In this document: positions 1 through 10,543 of the stretch, piece by piece
Numbering within the stretch: position 1 is the first letter of the stretch
Layout: each line of letters opens with the position of its first letter
Assembly (NCBI GenBank): GCA_964016885.1
Contig: OZ024741.1
Location: 209,312,001 to 209,376,000, forward strand
Source: Eledone cirrhosa
Taxonomy: Eukaryota
Reading direction: 5' to 3'
DNA length: 64,000 nt
The notes under the pieces: model-generated
The model's database searches: none
What the model saw: the letters and a program-made list of their open reading frames with translations, nothing else
What the model was told of the DNA's origin: nothing
Made by a program: the position numbers and the translations under genes

Positions 1-211
1 TTAACCGCAACCTAACTTAACCCCAACTTAACTTAACCGCAACCTAACTTAACCCCAACTTAACTTAACCGCAACTTAACTTAACCCCAACCTAACTTAA
101 CCCCAACTTAACTTAACCGCAACTTAACTTAACCGCAACCTAACTTAACCCTAACTTAACTTAACCGCAACTTAACTTAACCGCAACTTAGCTTAACCCC
201 AACCCTTGGTG

Positions 212-302
212 GGATCGATCTGTAATTACTGGTACATGTGCAGACACTCATTGGCTGTGTGTGGCCTGATTTTCAGAAAGATATCTCCGTAAAATAACGA
301 GT
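212..302 (+). repeat. Internal direct repeat of the core, copy 1
   Basis: GGATCGATCTGTAATTAC...ATGTGCAGACACTCATTGGCTGTGTGTGGCCTGATTTTCAGAAAGATATCTCCGTAAAATAACGAGT aligns with 379-470. By eye there are 6 mismatches in the central 60 bp and roughly 80-85% identity overall. Confidence 0.93.
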
Positions 303-378
303 GGTGGCTGCGTAAAATATTGAATTATGCACGAAAATGAGAAAATTTCGATTCTCGATCGTGGGCCGGCCGGATGTC

Positions 379-470
379 GGATCGATTCGTAAATACAAGG
401 ATAATGTGCGGACACTCCTTGGCTGTGTGCGGCATGATTTTCAGGACGATATCTCCGTAAAATCAAGAGT
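379..470 (+). repeat. Internal direct repeat of the core, copy 2
   Basis: GGATCGATTCGTAAATAC...ATGTGCGGACACTCCTTGGCTGTGTGCGGCATGATTTTCAGGACGATATCTCCGTAAAATCAAGAGT. ATGTGC lies at 236 and 404, an offset of 168 bp. Confidence 0.93.
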
Positions 471-576
471 TGATAACCCCAACTTAACTTAACCGCAACT
501 TAACTTAACCGCAACCTAACTTAACCCTAACTTAACTTAACCGCAACTTAACTTAACCGCAACTTAGCTTAACCCC

Positions 577-1096
577 AACCCTTGGTGGGATCTATCTGTA
601 ATTACTGGTACATGTGCAGACACTCATTGGCTGTGTGTGGCCTGATTTTAAGAAAGATATCTCCGTAAAATAACGAGTGGTGGCTGCGTAAAATAATGAA
701 TTACGCACGAAAATGAGAAAATTTCGATTCTCGATCGTGGGCCGGCCGGATGTCGGATCGATTCGTAAATACAAGGATAATGTGCGGACACTCCTTGCCT
801 GTGTGCCGCATGATTTTCAGGACGATATCTCCGTAAAATCAAGAGTTGATAACCCCAACTTAACTTAACCCCAACTTAACTTAACCGCAACTTAACTTAA
901 CCGCAACCTAACTTAACCCCAACTTAACTTAACCGCAACCTAACTTAACCCCAACTTAACTTAACCGCAACTTAACTTAACCCCAACCTAACTTAACCCC
1001 AACTTAATTTAACCGCAACTTAACTTAACCGCAACCTAACTTAACCCCAACTTAACTTAACCGCAACTTAACTTAACCGCAACTTAGCTTAACCCC
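577..1096 (+). repeat. Representative full-length 520 bp monomer (core 577-856, tract 857-1096)
   Basis: AACCCTTGG begins at 577 and again at 1097. The core ends at TGATAACCCC (856), followed by 240 bp of 16-mers. Confidence 0.97.
857..1096 (+). repeat. 16-bp minisatellite tract, 15 units, order A B B C B C B A C B B C B B D (A=AACTTAACTTAACCCC, B=AACTTAACTTAACCGC, C=AACCTAACTTAACCCC, D=AACTTAGCTTAACCCC)
   Basis: Read unit by unit from 857; unit 10 carries one substitution in this copy. The same order is seen in most 520 bp monomers to the end of the window. Each unit is 5+5+6 bp. Confidence 0.96.
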
Positions 1097-4000
1097 AACC
1101 CTTGGTGGGATCGATCTGTAATTACTGGTACATGTGCAGACACTCATTGGCTGTGTGTGGTGGCCTGATTTTCAGAAAGATATCTCCGTAAAATAACGAG
1201 TGGTGGCTGCGTAAAATAATGAATTACGCACGAAAATGAGAAAATTTCGATTCTCGATCGTGGGCCGGATGTCGGATCGATTCGTTAATACAAGGATAAT
1301 GTGCGGACACTCCTTGCCTGTGTGCCGCATGATTTTCAGGACGATATCTCCGTAAAATCAAGAGTTGATAACCCCAACTTAACTTAACCCCAACTTAACT
1401 TAACCGCAACTTAACTTAACCGCAACCTAACTTAACCCCAACTTAACTTAACCGCAACCTAACTTAACCCCAACTTAACTTAACCGCAACTTAACTTAAC
1501 CCCAACCTAACTTAACCCCAACTTAACTTAACCGCAACTTAACTTAACCGCAACCTAACTTAACCCCAGCTTAACTTAACCGCAACTTAACTTAACCGCA
1601 ACTTAGCTTAACCCCAACCCTTGGTGGGATCGATCTGTAATTACTGGTACATGTGCAGACACTCATTGGCTGTGTGTAGCCTGATTTTCAGAAAGATATC
1701 TCCGTAAAATAACGAGTGGTGGCTGCGTAAATAATGAATTACGCACGAAAATGAGAAAATTTCGATTCTCGATCGTGGGCCGGCCGGATGTCGCATCGAT
1801 TCGTAAATAGAAGGATAATGTGCGGACACTCCTTGGCTGTGTGCGGCATGATTTTCAGGACGATATTTCCGTAAAATCAAGAGTTGATAACCCCAACTTA
1901 ACTTAACCCCAACTTAACTTAACCCCAACTTAACTTAACCCCAACTTAACTTAACCGCAACTTAACTTAACCGCAACCTAACTTAACCCCAACTTAACTT
2001 AACCGCAACCTAACTTAACCACAACTTAACTTAACCGCAACTTAAATTAACCCCAACCTAACTTAACCCCAACTTAACTTAACCGCAACTTAACTTAACC
2101 GCAACCTAACTTAACCCCAACTTAACTTAACCGCAACTTAACTTAACCGCAACTTAGCTTAACCCCAACCCTTGGTGGGATCGATCTGTAATTACTGGTA
2201 CATGTGCAGACACTCATTGGCTGTGTGTGGCCTGATTTTCAGAAAGATATCTCCGTAAAATAACGAGTGGTGGCTGCGTAAAATAATGAATTACACACGA
2301 AAATGAGAAAATTTCGATTCTCGATCGTGGGCCGGCCGGATGTCGGATCGATTCGTAAATACAAGGATAATGTGCGGACACTCCTTGGCTGTGTGCGGCA
2401 TGATTTTCAGGACGATACCTCCGTAAAATCAAGAGTTGATAACCCCAACTTAACTTAACCCCAACTTAACTTAACCGCAACTTAACTTAACCGCAACCTA
2501 ACTTAACCCCAACTTAACTTAACCGCAACCTAACTTAACCCCAACTTAGCTTAACCGCAACTTAACTTAACCCCAACCTAACTTAACCCCAACTTAACTT
2601 AACCGCAACTTAACTTAACCGCAACCTAACTTAACCCCAACTTAACTTAACCGCAACTTAACTTAACCGCAACTTAGCTTAACCCCAACCCTTGGTGGGA
2701 TCGATCTGTAATTACTGGTACATGTGCAGACACTCATTGGCTGTGTGTGGCCTGATTTTAAGAAAGATATCTCCGTAAAATAACGAGTGGTGGCTGCGTA
2801 AAATAATGAATTACGCACGAAAATGAGAAAATTTCGATTCTCGATCGTGGGCCGGCCGGATGTCGGATCGATTCGTAAATACAAGGATAATGTGCGGACA
2901 CTCCTTGCCTGTGTGCCGCATGATTTTCAGGACGATATCTCCGTAAAATCAAGAGTTGATAACCCCAACTTAACTTAACCCCAACTTAACTTAACCGCAA
3001 CTTAACTTAACCGCAACCTAACTTAACCCCAGCTTAACTTAACCGCAACTTAACTTAACCGCAACTTAGCTTAACCCCAACCCTTGGTGGGATCGATCTG
3101 TAATTACTGGTACATGTGCAGACACTCATTGGCTGTGTGTGGCCTGATTTTCAGAAAGATATCTCCGTAAAATAACGAGTGGTGGCTGCGTAAAATAATG
3201 AATTACGCACGAAAATGAGAAAATTTCGATTCTCGATCGTGGGCCGGCCGGATGTCGGATCGATTCGTAAATACAAGGATAATGTGCGGACACTCCTTGG
3301 CTGTGTGCGGCATGATTTTCAGGACGATATCTCCGTAAAATCAAGAGTTGATAACCCCAACTTAACTTAACCGCAACTTAACTTAACCGCAACCTAACTT
3401 AACTCTAACTTAACTTAACCGCAACTTAACTTAACCGCAACTTAGCTTAACCCCAACCCTTGGTGGGATCGATCTGTAATTACTGGTACATGTGCAGACA
3501 CTCATTGGCTGTGTGTGGCCTGATTTTAAGAAAGATATCTCCGTAAAATAACGAGTGGTGGCTGCGTAAAATAATGAATTACGCACGAAAATGAGAAAAT
3601 TTCGATTCTCGATCGTGGGCCGGCCGGATGTCGGATCGATTCGTTAATACAAGGATAATGTACGGACACTCCTTGCCTGTGTGCAGCATGATTTTAAGGA
3701 CGATATCTCCGTAAAATCAAGAGTTGATAACCCCAACTTAACTTAACCCCAACTTAACTTAACCGCAACTTAACTTAACCGCAACCTAACTTAACCCCAA
3801 CTTAACTTAACCGCAACCTAACTTAACCCCGACTTAACTTAACCGCAACTTAACTTAACCCCAACCTAACTTAACCCCAACTTAACTTAACCGCAACTTA
3901 ACTTAACCGCAACCTAACTTAACCCCAGCTTAACTTAACCGCAACTTAACTTAACCGCAACTTAGCTTAACCCCAACCCTTGGTGGGATCGATCTGTAAT

Positions 4001-7000
4001 TACTGGTACATGTGCAGACTCTCATTGGCTGTGTGTGGCCTGATTTTCAGAAAGATATCTCCGTAAAATAACGAGTGGTGGCTGCGTAAAATAATGAATT
4101 ACGCAGGAAAATGAGAAAATTTCGATTCTCGATCGTGGGCCGGCCGGATGTCGGATCGATTCGTAAATACAAGGATAATGTGCGGACACTCCTTGGCTGT
4201 GTGCGGCATGATTTTCAGGACGATATCTCCGTAAAATCAAGAGTTGATAACCCCAACTTAACTTAACCCCAACTTAACTTAACCGCAACTTAACTTAACC
4301 GCAACCTAACTTAACCCCAACTTAACTTAACCGCAACCTAACTTAACCCAAACTTAACTTAACCGCAACTTAACTTAACCCCAACCTAACTTAACCCCAA
4401 CTTAACTTAACCGCAACTTAACTTAACCGCAACCTAACTTAACCCCAACTTAACTTAACCGCAACTTAACTTAACCGCAACTTAGCTTAACCCCAACCCT
4501 TGGTGGGATCGATCTGTAATTACTGGTATATGTGCAGACACTCATTGGCTGTGTGTGGCCTGATTTTCAGAAAGATATCTCCGTAAAATAACGAGTGGTG
4601 GCTGCGTAAAATAATGAATTACGCACGAAAATGAGAAAATTTCGATTCTCGATCGTGGGCCGGCCGGATGTCGGATCGATTCGTAAATACAAGGATAATG
4701 TGCGGACACTCCTTGGCTGTGTGCGGCATGATTTTCAGGACGATATCTCCGTAAAATCAAGAGTTGATAACCCCAACTTAACTTAACCTCAACTTAACTT
4801 AACCGCAACTTAACTTAACCGCAACCTAACTTAACCCCAACTTAACTTAACCGCAACCTAACTTAACCCCAACTTAACTTAACCGCAACTTAACTTAACC
4901 CCAACCTAACTTAACTCCAACTTAACTTAACCGCAACTTAACTTAACCGCAACCTAACTTAACCCCAACTTAATTTAACCGCAACTTAACTTAACCGCAA
5001 CTTAGCTTAACCCCAACCCTTGGTGGGATCGATCTGTAATTACTGGTACATGTGCAGACACTCATTGGCTGTGTGTGGCCTGATTTTCAGAAAGATATCT
5101 CCGTAAAATAACGAGTGGTCGCTGCGTAAAATAATGAATTACGCACGAAAATGAGAAAATTTCGATTCTCGATCGTCGGCCGGCCGGATGTCGGATCGAT
5201 TCGTAAATACAAGGATAATGTGCGGACACTCCTTGGCTGTGTGCGGCATGATTTTCAGGACGATATCTCCGTAAAATCAAGAGTTGATAACCCCAACTTA
5301 ACTTAACCCCAACTGAACTTAACCGCAACTTAACTCAACCCCAACTTAACTTAACCGCAACCTAACTTAACCCCAACTTAACTTAACCGCAACTTAACTT
5401 AACCCCAACCTAACTTAACCCCAACTTAACTTAACCGCAACTTAACTTAACCGCAACCTAACTTAACCCCAACTTAACTTAACCGCAACTTAACTTAACC
5501 GCAACTTAGCTTAACCCCAACCCTTGGTGGGATCGATCTGTAATTACTGGTACATGTGCAGACAATCATTGGCTGTGTGTGGCCTGATTTTCAGAAAGAT
5601 ATCTCCGTAAAATAACGAGTGGTGGCTGCGTAAAATAATGAATTACGCACGAAAATGAGAAAATTTCGATTCTCGATCGTGGGCCGGCCGGATGTCGGAT
5701 CGATTCGTAAATACAAGGATAATGTGCGGACACTCCTTGGCTGTGTGCGGCATGATTTTCAGGACGATATCTCCGTAAAATCAAGAGTTGATATCCCCAA
5801 CTTAACTTAACCCCAACTTAACTTAACCGCAACTTAACTTAACCGCAACCTAACTTAACCCCAACTTAACTTAACCGCAACCTAACTTAACCCCAACTTA
5901 ACTTAACCGCAACTTAACTTAACCCCAACCTAACTTAACCCCAACTTAATTTAACCGCAACTTAACTTAACCGCAACCTAACTTAACCCCAACTTAACTT
6001 AACCGCAACTTAACTTAACCGCAACTTAGCTTAACCCCAACCCTTGGTGGGATCGATCTGTAATTACTGGTACATGTGCAGACACTCATTGGCTGTGTGT
6101 GGCCTGATTTTCAGAAAGATATCTCCGTAAAATAACGAGTGGTGGCTGCGTAAAATAATGAATTACGCACGAAAATGAGAAAATTTCGATTCTCGATCGT
6201 GGGCCGGCCGGATGTCGGATCGATTCGTAAATACAAGGATAATGTGCGGACACTCCTTGCCTGTGAGCCGCATGATTTTCAGGACGATATCTCCGTAAAA
6301 TCAAGAGTTGATAACCCCAACTTAACTTAACCCCAACTTAACTTAACCGCAACTTAACTTAACCGCAACCTAACTGAACCCCAACTTAACTTAACCGCAA
6401 CCTAACTTAACCCCAACTTAAATTAACCGCAACTTAACTTAACCCCAACCTAACTTAACCCCAACTTAACTTAACGGCAACTTAACTTAACCGCAACCTA
6501 ACTTAACCCCAACTTAACTTAACCGCAACTTAACTTAACCGCAACTTAGCTTAACCCCAACCCTTGGTGGGATCGATCTGTAATTACTGGTACATGTGCA
6601 GACACTCATTGGCTGTGTGTGGTGGCCTGATTTTCAGAAAGATATCTCCGTAAAATAACGAGTGGTGGCTGCGTAAAATAATGAATTACGCACGAAAATG
6701 AGAAAATTTCGATTCTCGATCGTGGGCCGGATGTCGGATCGATTCGTTAATACAAGGATAATGTGCGGACACTCCTTGCCTGTGTGCCGCATGATTTTCA
6801 GGACGATATCTCCGTAAAATCAAGAGTTGATAACCCCAACTTAACTTAACCCCAACTTAACTTAACCGCAACTTAACTTAACCGCAACCTAACTTAACCC
6901 CAACTTAACTTAACCGCAACCTAACTTAACCCCAACTTAACTTAACCGCAACTTAACTTAACCCCAACCTAACTTAACCCCAACTTAACTTAACCGCAAC

Positions 7001-10000
7001 TTAACTTAACCGCAACCTAACTTAACCCCAGCTTAACTTAACCGCAACTTAACTTAACCGCAACTTAGCTTAACCCCAACCCTTGGTGGGATCGATCTGT
7101 AATTACTGGTACATGTGCAGACACTCATTGGCTGTGTGTAGCCTGATTTTCAGAAAGATATCTCCGTAAAATAACGAGTGGTGGCTGCGTAAATAATGAA
7201 TTACGCACGAAAATGAGAAAATTTCGATTCTCGATCGTGGGCCGGCCGGATGTCGCATCGATTCGTAAATAGAAGGATAATGTGCGGACACTCCTTGGCT
7301 GTGTGCGGCATGATTTTCAGGACGATATTTCCGTAAAATCAAGAGTTGATAACCCCAACTTAACTTAACCCCAACTTAACTTAACCCCAACTTAACTTAA
7401 CCCCAACTTAACTTAACCGCAACTTAACTTAACCGCAACCTAACTTAACCCCAACTTAACTTAACCGCAACCTAACTTAACCACAACTTAACTTAACCGC
7501 AACTTAAATTAACCCCAACCTAACTTAACCCCAACTTAACTTAACCGCAACTTAACTTAACCGCAACCTAACTTAACCCCAACTTAACTTAACCGCAACT
7601 TAACTTAACCGCAACTTAGCTTAACCCCAACCCTTGGTGGGATCGATCTGTAATTACTGGTACATGTGCAGACACTCATTGGCTGTGTGTGGTGGCCTGA
7701 TTTTCAGAAAGATATCTCCGTAAAATAACGAGTGGTGGCTGCGTAAAATAATGAATTACGCACGAAAATGAGAAAATTTCGATTCTCGATCGTGGGCCGG
7801 CCGGATGTCGGATCGATTCGTTAATACAAGGATAATGTACGGACACTCCTTGCCTGTGTGCAGCATGATTTTCAGGACGATATCTCCGTAAAATCAAGAG
7901 TTGATAACCCCAACTTAACTTAACCCCAACTTAACTTAACCGCAACTTAACTTAACCGCAACCTAACTTAACCCCAACTTAACTTAACCGCAACCTAACT
8001 TAACCCCGACTTAACTTAACCGCAACTTAACTTAACCCCAACCTAACTTAACCCCAACTTAACTTAACCGCAACTTAACTTAACCGCAACCTAACTTAAC
8101 CCCAGCTTAACTTAACCGCAACTTAACTTAACCGCAACTTAACTTAACCGCAACCTAACTTAACCCCAACTTAACTTAACCGCAACTTAACTTAACCGCA
8201 ACTTAGCTTAACCCCAACCCTTGGTGGGATCGATCTGTAATTACTGGTACATGTGCAGACACTCATTGGCTGTGTGTGGCCTGATTTTCAGAAAGATATC
8301 TCCGTAAAATAACGAGTGGTGGCTGCGTAAAATAATGAATTACACACGAAAATGAGAAAATTTCGATTCTCGATCGTGGGCCGGCCGGATGTCGGATCGA
8401 TTCGTAAATACAAGGATAATGTGCGGACACTCCTTGGCTGTGTGCGGCATGATTTTCAGGACGATACCTCCGTAAAATCAAGAGTTGATAACCCCAACTT
8501 AACTTAACCCCAACTTAACTTAACCGCAACTTAACTTAACCGCAACCTAACTTAACCCCAACTTAACTTAACCGCAACCTAACTTAACCCCAACTTAGCT
8601 TAACCGCAACTTAACTTAACCCCAACCTAACTTAACCCCAACTTAACTTAACCGCAACTTAACTTAACCGCAACCTAACTTAACCCCAACTTAACTTAAC
8701 CGCAACTTAACTTAACCGCAACTTAGCTTAACCCCAACCCTTGGTGGGATCGATCTGTAATTACTGGTACATGTGCAGACACTCATTGGCTGTGTGTGGC
8801 CTGATTTTAAGAAAGATATCTCCGTAAAATAACGAGTGGTGGCTGCGTAAAATAATGAATTACGCACGAAAATGAGAAAATTTCGATTCTCGATCGTGGG
8901 CCGGCCGGATGTCGGATCGATTCGTAAATACAAGGATAATGTGCGGACACTCCTTGCCTGTGTGCCGCATGATTTTCAGGACGATATCTCCGTAAAATCA
9001 AGAGTTGATAACCCCAACTTAACTTAACCCCAACTTAACTTAACCGCAACTTAACTTAACCGCAACCTAACTTAACCCCAGCTTAACTTAACCGCAACTT
9101 AACTTAACCGCAACTTAGCTTAACCCCAACCCTTGGTGGGATCGATCTGTAATTACTGGTACATGTGCAGACACTCATTGGCTGTGTGTGGCCTGATTTT
9201 CAGAAAGATATCTCCGTAAAATAACGAGTGGTGGCTGCGTAAAATAATGAATTACGCACGAAAATGAGAAAATTTCGATTCTCGATCGTGGGCCGGCCGG
9301 ATGTCGGATCGATTCGTAAATACAAGGATAATGTGCGGACACTCCTTGGCTGTGTGCGGCATGATTTTCAGGACGATATCTCCGTAAAATCAAGAGTTGA
9401 TAACCCCAACTTAACTTAACCGCAACTTAACTTAACCGCAACCTAACTTAACTCTAACTTAACTTAACCGCAACTTAACTTAACCGCAACTTAGCTTAAC
9501 CCCAACCCTTGGTGGGATCGATCTGTAATTACTGGTACATGTGCAGACACTCATTGGCTGTGTGTGGCCTGATTTTAAGAAAGATATCTCCGTAAAATAA
9601 CGAGTGGTGGCTGCGTAAAATAATGAATTACGCACGAAAATGAGAAAATTTCGATTCTCGATCGTGGGCCGGCCGGATGTCGGATCGATTCGTTAATACA
9701 AGGATAATGTACGGACACTCCTTGCCTGTGTGCAGCATGATTTTAAGGACGATATCTCCGTAAAATCAAGAGTTGATAACCCCAACTTAACTTAACCCCA
9801 ACTTAACTTAACCGCAACTTAACTTAACCGCAACCTAACTTAACCCCAACTTAACTTAACCGCAACCTAACTTAACCCCGACTTAACTTAACCGCAACTT
9901 AACTTAACCCCAACCTAACTTAACCCCAACTTAACTTAACCGCAACTTAACTTAACCGCAACCTAACTTAACCCCAGCTTAACTTAACCGCAACTTAACT

Positions 10001-10300
10001 TAACCGCAACTTAGCTTAACCCCAACCCTTGGTGGGATCGATCTGTAATTACTGGTACATGTGCAGACTCTCATTGGCTGTGTGTGGCCTGATTTTCAGA
10101 AAGATATCTCCGTAAAATAACGAGTGGTGGCTGCGTAAAATAATGAATTACGCAGGAAAATGAGAAAATTTCGATTCTCGATCGTGGGCCGGCCGGATGT
10201 CGGATCGATTCGTAAATACAAGGATAATGTGCGGACACTCCTTGGCTGTGTGCGGCATGATTTTCAGGACGATATCTCCGTAAAATCAAGAGTTGATAAC
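1097..10300 (+). repeat. Higher-order duplication: ~1097-4300 recurs at ~6559-10300 with one extra monomer inserted
   Basis: Rare variants recur in the same order: 4-bp deletion GGGCCGGATG, TGTGTAGCC, GATACCTCC, 392 and 376 bp monomers, CGCAGGAAA. The offset is 5462 (ORFs 1641/7103) and then 6049 (2214/8263, 3126/9175, 4022/10071). Confidence 0.88.
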
Positions 10301-10543
10301 CCCAACTTAACTTAACCCCAACTTAACTTAACCGCAACTTAACTTAACCGCAACCTAACTTAACCCCAACTTAACTTAACCCCAACTTAACTTAACCGCA
10401 ACCTAACTTAACCCCAACTTAACTTAACCCCAACCTAACTTAACCCCAACTTAACTTAACCGCAACTTAACTTAACCGCAACCTAACTTAACCCCAACTT
10501 AACTTAACCGCAACTTAACTTAACCGCAACTTAGCTTAACCCC

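Larger units (their letters stand above)
201..480 (+). repeat. 280 bp conserved core of the monomer (first complete copy)
   Basis: Complex-sequence segment between two minisatellite tracts, near-identical in all copies. Contains two GATATC, two ATCGAT and one GGCCGGCC. Confidence 0.97.

Noticed and set aside
201-480. Tandem RNA gene cluster (5S rRNA, tRNA, snRNA, spliced leader) with the tract as spacer
   Set aside because: I could not recognise 5S, tRNA cloverleaf, snRNA or SL sequence on either strand. An Rfam/Infernal scan would be needed to exclude a divergent ncRNA fully.
857-1096. Bona fide telomerase-synthesised terminal telomere
   Set aside because: Tracts are short, interrupted every ~520 bp by the core, and share one variant order, which indicates copying of whole monomers. 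No pure terminal array lies in the window.
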